Below the pieces are notes generated by a model, which worked only from the letters and a program-made list of their open reading frames with translations, did not search any database and was not told where the DNA came from. From Bugula neritina (Eukaryota; Animalia; Bryozoa), in contig CAXIUT010000183.1 of the NCBI GenBank assembly GCA_964035545.1, positions 1,612,001 through 1,676,000 on the forward strand: DNA of 64,000 nucleotides. The letters run 5' to 3'. Position numbers and translations under genes: made by a program. Below are positions 17,801 to 33,500 of this stretch, piece by piece. The first letter of the stretch is position 1. Each line of letters begins with the position of its first letter.

Positions 17801-20800
17801 ATATACTGTAACACATTGAAAAAACTGCAACATACTGAAATACACTGCAACACACTGAAATACACCGCAAAAAACTACAATATACTGAAATACACTGTAA
17901 CATATTGAAATCCACTGCAACACATTGAAATATACTGCAACATACCGAAATATATGGTAAACTAATGAAATATACTGTAACACATTGAAAAATACCGCAA
18001 CATACTGAAATATACTGCGACACATTGCAATATACTGTAACATATTGAAATATGCTGTAGCACACTGAAATACACTGCAACATCCTACAACATACTGAAA
18101 TACACTGTAACATATTGAAATACACTGCAAGAAATTGAAATAGACTGCAACATAACAAAATATATGGTAAACTACTGAAATATACTTTAACACATTGAAA
18201 AATACTGCAACATACAGAAATATACTGTAACACACTGAAATATACTGCAACATACTGAAATACACTGCTACATACTGAAATATACTGCAACATACTGCAA
18301 CATACTGAAATACACTGCAACAAACTACAACATACTGAAATACACTACAACCCACTGAAATATACTGCAACATACTGAAATACACTGCAACACATTGAAA
18401 TATACTGCAACATACCAAAATATATGGTAAACAACTGAAATATACTTTAACACATTGAAAAATACTGCAACATACTGAAATATACTGCGACACTTTGCAA
18501 TATACTGTAACATACCGAAATATGCTCTAGCGCACTGAAATACACTGCAACTCACTGAAATATATTGCAACATACTGAAATACACTGTGACATCCTGAAA
18601 TATACTGCAACATACTGAAATACACTGCTACATACTGAAATATACTGCAAAATACTACAACATACTGAAATAAACTGTAACATATTGAAATACACTGCAA
18701 TACATTGATAAATAATGCAATATACTGAAATATACTGTAACACACTGAAATATACTGCAACATACTGAAATACACTGTAACATACTGAAATATACTGCAA
18801 CGTACTGAAATACACTGCTACATACTGAAATATACTGCAACATACTGAAATACACTGCTACATACTGAAATATACTGCAACATACTGCAACATACTGAAA
18901 TACACTGCAACAAACAACAACATACTGAAATACACTACAACCCACTGAAATATACTGCAACATACTGAAATACACTGCAACACATTGAAATATACTGCAA
19001 CATACCTAAATATACGGTAATATACTGAAATTCACTGTAACGCATTGCAAAATACTGCAACATACTGAAATATATTGCGACACATTGCAATATACTGTAA
19101 CATACTGAAAAATGCTGTAGCACACTGAAATATACTGCAATTCACTGAAATATACTGCAACATACTGAAATACACCGCAACATCCTACAACATACTGAAA
19201 TACACTGTAACATTTTGAAATACACTGCAAAACATTGAAATATACTGCAACATAACGAAACATATGGTAAACTACTGAAATAAATTTTAACACATTGAAA
19301 AATACTGCAACATACTGAAATATATTATAACACATTGAAAAATACTGCAACATACTGAAGTATACTGTAACACACTGAAGTACACTGCAACTCACTGAAA
19401 TATACTGCAATATACAGAAATACACTGCAACATCCTACAAAATGCTGAAATACACTGTAACATATTGAAATACACTGCAACACATTGAAATATACTGCAA
19501 CATACCCAAATATATGGTAAACTACTGAAATATACTGTAACACATTGACAAATACTGCAACATACTGAAATATACTGCAACATACCTAAATATACGGTAA
19601 TATACTGAAATATACTGTAACACACCGAAATATACTGCAACATACTGAAATACACTGTAACATACTGAAATATACTGCAACATACTGAATTACACTGCTA
19701 CATACTGAAATATACTGCAACATACTGCAACATACTGAAATACACTGTAACATACTGAAATAAACTGCAACATACTACAACATATTGAAATACACTGCAA
19801 CACATTGAAGTATACCGCAACATACCTAAATATACGGTAATATACTGAAATATACTGTAACACATTGAAAAAACTGCAACATACTGAAATACACTGCAAC
19901 ACACTGAAATACACCGCAAAAAACTACAATATACTGAAATACACTGTAACATATTGAAATCCACTGCAACACATTGAAATATACTGCAACATACCGAAAT
20001 ATATGGTAAACTAATGAAATATACTGTAACACATTGAAAAATACCGCAACATACTGAAATATACTGCGACACATTGCAATATACTGTAACATATTGAAAT
20101 ATGCTGTAGCACACTGAAATACACTGCAACATCCTACAACATACTGAAATACACTGTAACATATTGAAATACACTGCAAGAAATTGAAATAGACTGCAAC
20201 ATAACAAAATATATGGTAAACTAATGAAATATACTTTAACACATTGAAAAATACTGCAACATACAGAAATATACTGTAACACACTGAAATATACTGCAAC
20301 ATACTGAAATACACTGCTACATACTGAAATATACTGCAACATACTGCAACAAACTGCAACATACTGAAATACACTGTAACATATTGAAGTACACTGCAAC
20401 ACATTGAAATATACTGCAACATACCAAAATATATGGTAAACAACTGAAATATACTTTAACACATTGAAAAATACTGCAACATACTGAAATATACTGCGAC
20501 ACCTAGCAATACACTGTAACATACTGAAATATGCTCTAGCACACTGAAATACAATGCAACTCACTGAAATATACTGCAACATACTGAAATACACTGCAAC
20601 ATCCTACAACATGCAGAAATACACTGTAACATATTGAAATACACTGCAACACTTTGAAACATACTGCAAAATACCGAAATATATGGTAAACTACTGCAAC
20701 ATACTACAACATATTGAAATACACTGCAACACATTGAAATATACTGCAACATACCTAAATATACGGTAATATACTGAAATTCACTGTAACGCATTGCAAA

Positions 20801-22603
20801 ATACTGCAACATACTGAAATTCACTGTGACACACTGAAATACGCTGCAAAATACTACAACATACTGAAATAAACTGTAACATATTGAAATACACTACAAC
20901 ACATTGAAAAATACTGCAACATACTGAAATATACTGTAACACACTGAAATATACTGCAACATACTGAAATACACTGTAACATACTGAAATATACCGCAAC
21001 ATACTGAAATACACTGCTACATACGGAAATATTCTGCAACATACTGCAACATACTGCAATACACTGTAACATACTGAAACACACTGCAACATACTACAAC
21101 ATATTGAAATACACTGCAACACATTGAAATACACTGCAACTTACCGAATATATGGTAAACTACTGAAATATACTGTAACGCATTGAAAAATACTGCAACA
21201 TACTGAAATATATTGCGACACATTGCAATATACTGTAACATACTGAAAAATGCTGTAGCACACTGAAATATACTGCAATTCACTGAAATATACTGCAACA
21301 TACTGAAATACACCGCAACATCCTACAACATACTGAAATACACTGTAACATATTGAAATACACTGCAACACATTGAAATATACTGCAACATAACGAAACA
21401 TATGGTAAACTACTGAAATAAATTTTAACACATTGAAAAATACTGCAACATACTGAAATATATTATAACACATTGAAAAATACTGCAACATACTGAAGTA
21501 TACTGTAACACACTGAAGTACACTGCAACTCACTGAAATATACTGCAATATACAGAAATACACTGCAACATCCTACAAAATGCTGAAATACACTGTAACA
21601 TATTGAAATACACTGCAACACATTGAAATATACTGCAACATACCCAAATATATGGTAAACTACTGAAATATACTGTAACACATTGACAAATACTGCAACA
21701 TACTGAAATATACTGCAACATACCTAAATATACGGTAATATACTGAAATATACTGTAACACACCGAAATATACTGCAACATACTGAAATACACTGTAACA
21801 TACTGAAATATACTGCAACATACTGAATTACACTGCTACATACTGAAATATACTGCAACATACTGCAACATACTGAAATACACTGTAACATACTGAAATA
21901 AACTGCAACATACTACAACATATTGAAATACACTGCAACACATTGAAGTATACCGCAACATACCTAAATATACGGTAATATACTGAAATATACTGTAACA
22001 CATTGAAAAAACTGCAACATACTGAAATACACTGCAACACACTGAAATACACCGCAAAAAACTACAATATACTGAAATACACTGTAACATATTGAAATCC
22101 ACTGCAACACATTGAAATATACTGCAACATACCGAAATATATGGTAAACTAATGAAATATACTGTAACACATTGAAAAATACCGCAACATACTGAAATAT
22201 ACTGCGACACATTGCAATATACTGTAACATATTGAAATATGCTGTAGCACACTGAAATACACTGCAACATCCTACAACATACTGAAATACACTGTAACAT
22301 ATTGAAATACACTGCAAGAAATTGAAATAGACTGCAACATAACAAAATATATGGTAAACTACTGAAATATACTTTAACACATTGAAAAATACTGCAACAT
22401 ACAGAAATATACTGTAACACACTGAAATATACTGCAACATACTGAAATACACTGCTACATACTGAAATATACTGCAACATACTGCAACATACTGAAATAC
22501 ACTGCAACAAACTACCACATACTGAAATACACTACAACCCACTGAAATATACTGCAACATACTGAAATACACTGCAACACATTGAAATATACTGCAACAT
22601 ACC
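10675..22603 (+). repeat. 4187-bp HOR (2138 + 2049 subunits), ~2.85 tandem copies
   Basis: ORF series 10951/15138/19325, 12407/16594/20781 and 13462/17649/21836. Variants CATTTTG...GCAAAACATT are shared at ~15025 and ~19212. Confidence 0.92.
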
Positions 22604-25600
22604 TAAATATACGGTAATCTACCGAAATATACTGTAACGCATTGCAAAACACTGCAACATACTGAAATACACTGCGACACACTGAAGTACGCTGCAAAAT
22701 ACTACAACATACTGAAATAAACTGTAACATATTGAAATACACTGCAATACATTGATAAATAATGCAATATACTGAAATATACTGTAACACACTGAAATAT
22801 ACTGCAACATACTGAAATACACTGTAACATACTGAAATATACTGCAACGTACTGAAATACACTGCTACATACTGAAATATACTGTAACATACTGCAACAT
22901 ACTGAAATACACTGTAACATACTGAGATACACTGCAACATACTACAACATATTGAAATACACTGCAACACATTGAAATATATTGCAACTTACCGAATATA
23001 TGGAAAACTACTGAAATATACTGTAACGCATTGAAAAAGACTGCAACATACTGAAATATATTGCGACACATTTCAATATACTGTAATATACTGAAAAATG
23101 CTGTAGCACACTGAAATATACTGCAATTCGCTGAAATATACTGCAACATACTGAAATACACCGCAACATCCTACAACATACTAAAATACACTGTAACATA
23201 TTGAAATACACTGCAACACTTTGAAATATACTGCAACGTAACGAAATATATGGTAAACTACTGAAATATATTTTAACAAATTGAAAAATACTGCAACATA
23301 ATGAAATATATTTTAACACATTGAAAAATACTGCAACATACTGAAATATACCGTAACACACTGAAATACATTGCAACTCACTGAAATATACTGCAATATA
23401 CTGAAATACACTGCAACATCCTACAAAATGCTGAAATACACTGTAACATATTGAAATACAGTGCAACACATTGAAATATACTGCAACATACCGAAATATA
23501 TGGTAAACTACTGAAATATACTGTAACACATTGAAAAATACTGCAACATACTGAAATATACTGCGACACCTAGCAATATACTGTAACATACTGAAATAAG
23601 CTCTAGCACACTGAAATACAATGCAACATACTGAAATATACTGCAACATACTGAAATACACTGCAACATACTGAAATATACTGCAACATACTGAATTACA
23701 CTGCTACATACTGAAATATACTGCAACATACTGCAACATACTGAAATACACTGTAACATACTGAAATAAACTGCAACATACTACAACATATTGAAATACA
23801 CTGCAACACATTGAAGTATACCGCAACATACCTAAATATACGGTAATATACTGAAATATACTGTAACACATTGAAAAAACTGCAACATACTGAAATACAC
23901 TGCAACACACTGAAATACACCGCAAAAAACTACAATATACTGAAATACACTGTAACATATTGAAATCCACTGCAACACATTGAAATATACTGCAACATAC
24001 CGAAATATATGGTAAACTAATGAAATATACTGTAACACATTGAAAAATACCGCAACATACTGAAATATACTGCGACACATTGCAATATACTGTAACATAT
24101 TGAAATATGCTGTAGCACACTGAAATACACTGCAACATCCTACAACATACTGAAATACACTGTAACATATTGAAATACACTGCAAGAAATTGAAATAGAC
24201 TGCAACATAACAAAATATATGGTAAACTACTGAAATATACTTTAACACATTGAAAAATACTGCAACATACAGAAATATACTGTAACACACTGAAATATAC
24301 TGCAACATACTGAAATACACTGCTACATACTGAAATATACTGCAACATACTGCAACAAACTGCAACATACTGAAATACACTGTAACATATTGAAGTACAC
24401 TGCAACACATTGAAATATACTGCAACATACCAAAATATATGGTAAGCAACTGAAATATACTTTAACACATTGAAAAATACTGCAACATACTGAAATATAC
24501 TGCGACACTTTGCAATATACTGTAACATACCGAAATATGCTCTAGCGCACTGAAATACACTGCAACTCACTGAAATATATTGCAACATACTGAAATACAC
24601 TGTGACATCCTGAAATATACTGCAACATACTGAAATATACTGCAAAATACTACAACATACTGAAATAAACTGTAACATATTGAAATACACTGCAATACAT
24701 TAATAAATAATGCAATATACTGAAATATACTGTAACACACTGAAATATACTGCAACATACTGAAATACACTGTAACATACTGAAATATACTGCAACGTAC
24801 TGAAATACACTGCTACATACTGAAATATACTGCAACATACTGAAATACACTGCTACATACTGAAATATACTGCAACATACTGCAACATACTGAAATACAC
24901 TGCAACAAACAACAACATACTGAAATACACTACAACCCACTGAAATATACTGCAACATACTGAAATACACTGCAACACATTGAAATATACTGCAACATAC
25001 CTAAATATACGGTAATCTACCGAAATATACTGTAACGCATTGCAAAACACTGCAACATACTGAAATACACTGCGACACACTGAAGTACGCTGCAAAATAC
25101 TACAACATACTGAAATAAACTGTAACATATTGAAATACACTGCAATACATTGATAAATAATGCAATATACTGAAATATACTGTAACACACTGAAATATAC
25201 TGCAACATACTGAAATACACTGTAACATACTGAAATATACTGCAACGTACTGAAATACACCGCTACATACTGAAATATACTGTAACATACTGCAACATAC
25301 TGAAATACACTGTAACATACTGAGATACACTGCAACATACTACAACATATTGAAATACACTGCAACACATTGAAATATATTGCAACTTACCGAATATATG
25401 GAAAACTGCTGAAATATACTGTAACGCATTGAAAACGACTGCAACATACTGAAATATATTGCGACACATTTCAATATACTGTAATATACTGAAAAATGCT
25501 GTAGCACACTGAAATATACTGCAATTCGCTGAAATATTCTGCAACATACTGAAATACACCGCAACATCCTACAACATACTAAAATACACTGTAACATATT

Positions 25601-28480
25601 GAAATACACTGCAACACATTGAAATATACTGCAACGTAACGAAATATATGGTAAACTACTGAAATATATTTTAACAAAGTGAAAAATACTGCAACATAAT
25701 GAAATATATTTTAACACATTGAAAAATACTGCAACATACTGAAATATACCGTAACACACTGAAATACATTGCAACTCACTGAAATATACTGCAATATACT
25801 GAAATACACTGCAACATCCTACAAAATGCTGAAATACACTGTAACATATTGAAATACAGTGCAACACATTGAAATATACTGCAACATACCGAAATATATG
25901 GTAAACTACTGAAATATACTGTAACACATTGAAAAATACTGCAACATACTGAAATATACTGCGACACCTAGCAATATACTGTAACATACTGAAATATGCT
26001 CTAGCACACTGAAATACAATGCAACATACTGAAATATACTGCAACATACTGAAATACACTGCAACATACTGAAATATACTGCAACATACTGAATTACACT
26101 GCTACATACTGAAATATACTGCAACATACTGCAACATACTGAAATACACTGTAACATACTGAAATAAACTGCAACATACTACAACATATTGAAATACACT
26201 GCAACACATTGAAGTATACCGCAACATACCTAAATATACGGTAATATACTGAAATATACTGTAACACATTGAAAAAACTGCAACATACTGAAATACACTG
26301 CAACACACTGAAATACACCGCAAAAAACTACAATATACTGAAATACACTGTAACATATTGAAATCCACTGCAACACATTGAAATATACTGCAACATACCG
26401 AAATATATGGTAAACTAATAAAATATACTGTAACACATTGAAAAATACCGCAACATACTGAAATATACTGCGACACATTGCAATATACTGTAACATATTG
26501 AAATATGCTGTAGCACACTGAAATACACTGCAACATCCTACAACATACTGAAATACACTGTAACATATTGAAATACACTGCAAGAAATTGAAATAGACTG
26601 CAACATAACAAAATATATGGTAAACTACTGAAATATACTTTAACACATTGAAAAATACTGCAACATACAGAAATATACTGTAACACACTGAAATATACTG
26701 CAACATACTGAAATACACTGCTACATACTGAAATATACTGCAACATACTGCAACAAACTGCAACATACTGAAATACACTGTAACATATTGAAGTACACTG
26801 CAACACATTGAAATATACTGCAACATACCAAAATATATGGTAAACAACTGAAATATACTTTAACACATTGAAAAATACTGCAACATACTGAAATATACTG
26901 CGACACTTTGCAATATACTGTAACATACCGAAATATGCTCTAGCGCACTGAAATACACTGCAACTCACTGAAATATATTGCAACATACTGAAATACACTG
27001 TGACATCCTGAAATATACTGCAACATACTGAAATACACTGCTACATACTGAAATATACTGCAAAATACTACAACATACTGAAATAAACTGTAACATATTG
27101 AAATACACTGCAATACATTGATAAATAATGCAATATACTGAAATATACTGTAACACACTGAAATATACTGCAACATACTGAAATACACTGTAACATACTG
27201 AAATATACTGCAACGTACTGAAATACACTGCTACATACTGAAATATACTGCAACATACTGAAATACACTGCTACATACTGAAATATACTGCAACATACTG
27301 CAACATACTGAAATACACTGCAACAAACAACAACATACTGAAATACACTACAACCCACTGAAATATACTGCAACATACTGAAATACACTGCAACACATTG
27401 AAATATACTGCAACATACCTAAATATACGGTAATCTACCGAAATATACTGTAACGCATTGCAAAACACTGCAACATACTGAAATACACTGCGACACACTG
27501 AAGTACGCTGCAAAATACTACAACATACTGAAATAAACTGTAACATATTGAAATACACTGCAATACATTGATAAATAATGCAATATACTGAAATATACTG
27601 TAACACACTGAAATATACTGCAACATACTGAAATACACTGTAACATACTGAAATATACTGCAACGTACTGAAATACACTGCTACATACTGAAATATACTG
27701 TAACATACTGCAACATACTGAAATACACTGTAACATACTGAGATACACTGCAACATACTACAACATATTGAAATACACTGCAACACATTGAAATATATTG
27801 CAACTTACCGAATATATGGAAAACTACTGAAATATACTGTAACGCATTGAAAAAGACTGCAACATACTGAAATATATTGCGACACATTTCAATATACTGT
27901 AATATACTGAAAAATGCTGTAGCACACTGAAATATACTGCAATTCGCTGAAATATACTGCAACATACTGAAATACACCGCAACATCCTACAACATACTAA
28001 AATACACTGTAACATATTGAAATACACTGCAACACATTGAAATATACTGCAACGTAACGAAATATATGGTAAACTACTGAAATATATTTTAACAAATTGA
28101 AAAATACTGCAACATAATGAAATATATTTTAACACATTGAAAAATACTGCAACATACTGAAATATACCGTAACACACTGAAATACATTGCAACTCACTGA
28201 AATATACTGCAATATACTGAAATACACTGCAACATCCTACAAAATGCTGAAATACACTGTAACATATTGAAATACAGTGCAACACATTGAAATATACTGC
28301 AACATACCGAAATATATGGTAAACTACTGAAATATACTGTAACACATTGAAAAATACTGCAACATACTGAAATATACTGCGACACCTAGCAATATACTGT
28401 AACATACTGAAATATGCTCTAGCACACTGAAATACAATGCAACATACTGAAATATACTGCAACATACTGAAATACACTGC
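22440..28480 (+). repeat. 2398/2418-bp hybrid HOR, ~2.5 copies, joining left-type and right-type modules
   Basis: ORF series 22619/25017/27435 and 22865/25263/27681. The unit carries both the left-domain marker CAAGAAATTG and right-domain markers (CTGAGATAC, TGGAAAAC, ATTTCAAT). Confidence 0.88.
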
Positions 28481-28567
28481 AACATCCTACAACATGCTGA
28501 AATACACTGTAACATATCGAAATACACTGCAACACTTTGAAATATACTGCAACATACCGAAATATAT
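27818..28567 (+). repeat. Three consecutive 250-bp intermediate monomers, right-domain example
   Basis: AATATATGG blocks start at 27811, 28061, 28311 and 28561. The same 250 spacing occurs at 35011, 35261 and 35511. Confidence 0.85.
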
Positions 28568-29519
28568 GGTAAAATACTGCAACATACTACAACATATTGA
28601 AATACACTGCAACACATTGAAATATACTGCAACATACCTAAATGTACGGTCATATACTGAAATATACTGTAACACATTGAAAAATACTGCAACATACTGA
28701 AATACACTGTAACATACTGAAATATACTGCAACATACTGAAATACACTGCTACATACTGAAATATACTGCAACATACTGGAACATACTGAAATACACTGT
28801 AATATACTGAAATAAACTGCAACATAGTACAACATATTGAAATACACTGCAACACATTGAAATACACTGCAACTTACCGAATATATGGTAAACTACTGAA
28901 ATATACTGTAACGCATTGAAAAATACTGCAACATACTGAAATATATTGCGACACATTGCAATATACTGTAACATACTGAAAAATGCTGTAGCAAACTGAA
29001 ATATACTGCAATTCACTGAAATATACTGCAACATACTGAAATACACCGCAACATCCTACAACATACTGAAATACACTGCAACATATTGAAATACACTGCA
29101 ACACATTGAAATATACTGCAACATAACGAAACATATGGTAAACTACTGAAATAAATTTTAACACATTGAAAAATACTGCAACATACTGAAATATATTTTA
29201 ACACATTGAAAAATACTGCAACATACTGAAGTATACTGTAACATACTGAAGTACACTGCAACATACTACCACATATTGAAATACACTGCAACACATTGAA
29301 ATGTACTGCAACATACCGAAATATATGGTAAACTACTAAAATATACTGTAACACATTGAAAAATACTGCAACGTACTGAAATATACTGCGACACCTAGCA
29401 ATATACTGTAACATACTGAAATATGCTCTAGCACACTGAAATACAATGCAACTTACTGATATATACTGCAACATACTGAAATACACTGCAACATCCTACA
29501 ATATGCTAAAATACACTGT

Positions 29520-29704
29520 AACATATTGAAATACACTGCAACACTTTGAAATATACTGCAACATACCGAAATATATGGTAAACTACTGCAACATACTACA
29601 ACATATTGAAATACACTGCAACACTTTGAAATATACTGCAACATACCGAAATATATGGTAAACTACTGCAACATACTACAACATATTGAAATACACTGCA
29701 ACAC
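29520..29704 (+). repeat. 80-bp internal tandem duplication, propagated in HOR copies at ~33437, ~40272, ~47107 and ~52563
   Basis: ACACTTTGAA...ATATATGGTAAACTACTGCAACATACTACAACATATTGAAATACACTGCA occurs at 29541 and again at 29621. Confidence 0.85.
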
Positions 29705-30513
29705 ATTGAAATATACTGCAACATACCTAAATATACGGTAATATACTGAAATTCACTGTAACGCATTGCCAAATACTGCAACATACTGAAATTCACTGCG
29801 ACACACTGAAATACGCTGCAAAATACTACAACATACTGAAATAAACTGTAACATATTGAAATACACTGCAACACATTGAAAAATACTGCAACATACTGAA
29901 ATATACTGTAACACACTGAAATATACTGCAACATACTGAAATACACTGTAACATACTGAAATATACTGCAACATACTGAAATACACTGCTACATACTGAA
30001 ATATACTGCAACATACTGCAATACACTGTAACATACTGAAATATACTGCAACATACTGAAATACACTGCTACATACTGAAATATACTGCAACATACTGCA
30101 ACATACTGCAACATACTGAAATACGCTGTAACATACTGAAATACACTGTAACATACTACAACATATTGAAATACACAGCAACACATTGAAATGTACTGCA
30201 ACATACCGAAATATACGGTAATATACTGAAATATACAGTAACACATTGAAAAATACTGCAACATACTGAAATACACTGCAACACACTGAAACACACCGCA
30301 AAAAACTACAACATACTGAAATACACTGTAACATATTGAAGTACACTGCAACACATTTAAATATACTGCAACATACCAAAATATATGGTAAACAACTGAA
30401 ATATACTTTAACACATTGAAAAATACTGCAACATACTGAAATATACTGCGACACATTGCAATATACTGTAACATAACGAAATATGCTCTAGCACACTGAA
30501 ATACACTGCAACT

Positions 30514-33500
30514 CACTGAAATATACTGCAACATACTGAAATACACTGTGACATACTCAAATATACTGCAACATACTGAAATACACTGCTACATACCGAA
30601 ATATACTGCAACATACTGCAACATACTGAAATACACTGCAGCATACTACAACATACTGGAATACACTGCAACACATTGAAATATACTGCAACATACCTAA
30701 ATATACGGTAATATACCGAAATATACTGTAACGCATTGCAAAATACTGCAACAAACTGAAATACACTGCGACACACTGAAATACGCTGCAAAATACTACA
30801 ACACACTAAAATAAACTGTAACATATTGAAATACACTGCAACACATTGAAAAATACTGCAACATACTGAAATATACTGTAACACACTGAAATATACTGCA
30901 ACATACTGAAATACACTGTAACATACTGAAATATACTGCAACATACTGAAATACACTGCTACATACTGAAATATACTGCAACATACTGCAACATACTGCA
31001 ATACACTGTAACATACTGAAATACACTGCAACATACTACAACATGTTGAAATACACTGCAAAACATTGAAATACACTGCAACTTACCGAATATATGGTAA
31101 ACTACTGAAATATACTGTAACGCATTGAAAAGTACTGCAACATACTGAAATATATTGCGACACATTGCAATAAACTGTAACATACTGAAAAATGCTGTAG
31201 CACACTGAAATACACTGCCATTCACTGAAATATACTGCAACATACTGAAATACACCGCAACATCCTACAACATACTGAAATACACTGTAACATATTGAAA
31301 TACACTGCAACACATTGAAATATACTGCAACATAACGAAATATATGGTAAACTACTGAAATATATTTTAACACATTGAAAAATACTGCAACATACTGAAA
31401 TATATTTCAACACATTGAAAAATACTGCAACATACTGAAATATACCGTAACACACTGAAGTACACTGCAACTCACTGAAATATACTGCAATATACTGAAA
31501 TACACTGCAACATCCTACATAATGCTGAAATACACTGTAACATATTGAAATACACTGTAACATACTGAAATATACTGCAACGTACTGAAATACACTGCTA
31601 CATACTGAAATATACTGTAACATACTGCAACATACTGAAATACACTGTAACATACTGAGATACACTGCAACATACTACAACATATTGAAATACACTGCAA
31701 CACATTGAAATATATTGCAACTTACCGAATATATGGAAAACTACTGAAATATACTGTAACGCATTGAAAAAGACTGCAACATACTGAAATATATTGCGAC
31801 ACATTTCAATATACTGTAATATACTGAAAAATGCTGTAGCACACTGAAATATACTGCAATTCGCTGAAATATACTGCAACATACTGAAATACACCGCAAC
31901 ATCCTACAACATACTAAAATACACTGTAACATATTGAAATACACTGCAACACATTGAAATATACTGCAACGTAACGAAATATATGGTAAACTACTGAAAT
32001 ATATTTTAACAAATTGAAAAATACTGCAACATAGTGAAATATATTTTAACACATTGAAAAATACTGCAACATACTGAAATATACCGTAACACACTGAAAT
32101 ACATTGCAACTCGCTGAAATATACTGCAATATACTGAAATACACTGCAACATCCTACAAAATGCTGAAATACACTGTAACATATTGAAATACAGTGCAAC
32201 ACATTGAAATATACTGCAACATACCGAAATATATGGTAAACTACTGAAATATACTGTAACACATTGAAAAATACTGCAACATACTGAAATATACTGCGAC
32301 ACCTAGCAATATACTGTAACATACTGAAATATGCTCTAGCACACTGAAATACAATGCAACATACTGAAATATACTGCAACATACTGAAATACACTGCAAC
32401 ATCCTACAACATGCTGAAATACACTGTAACATATTGAAATACACTGCAACACTTTGAAATATACTGCAACATACCGAAATATATGGTAAAATACTGCAAC
32501 ATACTACAACATATTGAAATACACTGCAACACATTGAAATATACTGCAACATACCTAAATGTACGGTCATATACTGAAATATACTGTAACACATTGAAAA
32601 ATACTGCAACATACTGAAATACACTGTAACATACTGAAATATACTGCAACATACTGAAATACACTGCTACATACTGAAATATACTGCAACATACTGGAAC
32701 ATACTGAAATACACTGTAATATACTGAAATAAACTGCAACATAGTACAACATATTGAAATACACTGCAACACATTGAAATACACTGCAACTTACCGAATA
32801 TATGGTAAACTACTGAAATATACTGTAACGCATTGAAAAATACTGCAACATACTGAAATATATTGCGACACATTGCAATATACTGTAACATACTGAAAAA
32901 TGCTGTAGCAAACTGAAATATACTGCAATTCACTGAAATATACTGCAACATACTGAAATACACCGCAACATCCTACAACATACTGAAATACACTGTAACA
33001 TATTGAAATACACTGCAACACATTGAAATATACTGCAACATAACGAAACATATGGTAAACTACTGAAATAAATTTTAACACATTGAAAAATACTGCAACA
33101 TACTGAAATATATTTTAACACATTGAAAAATACTGCAACATACTGAAGTATACTGTAACATACTGAAGTACACTGCAACATACTACCGCATATTGAAATA
33201 CACTGCAACACATTGAAATGTACTGCAACATACCGAAATATATGGTAAACTACTAAAATATACTGTAACACATTGAAAAATACTGCAACGTACTGAAATA
33301 TACTGTGACACCTAGCAGTATACTGTAACATACTGAAATATGCTCTAGCACACTGAAATACAATGCAACTTACTGATATATACTGCAACATACTGAAATA
33401 CACTGCAACATCCTACAATATGCTAAAATACACTGTAACATATTGAAATACACTGCAACACTTTGAAATATACTGCAACATACCGAAATATATGGTAAAC

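Noticed and set aside
23125-23145. TTCG variant as a possible CENP-B box
   Set aside because: It lacks the downstream CGGG of the TTCGNNNNANNCGGG motif.
28437-28700. The only plus-strand ORF (87 aa)
   Set aside because: A chance stop-free frame in the repeat. A private T>C at ~28518 removes a TGA that is present in the homologous copies, which list no such ORF.
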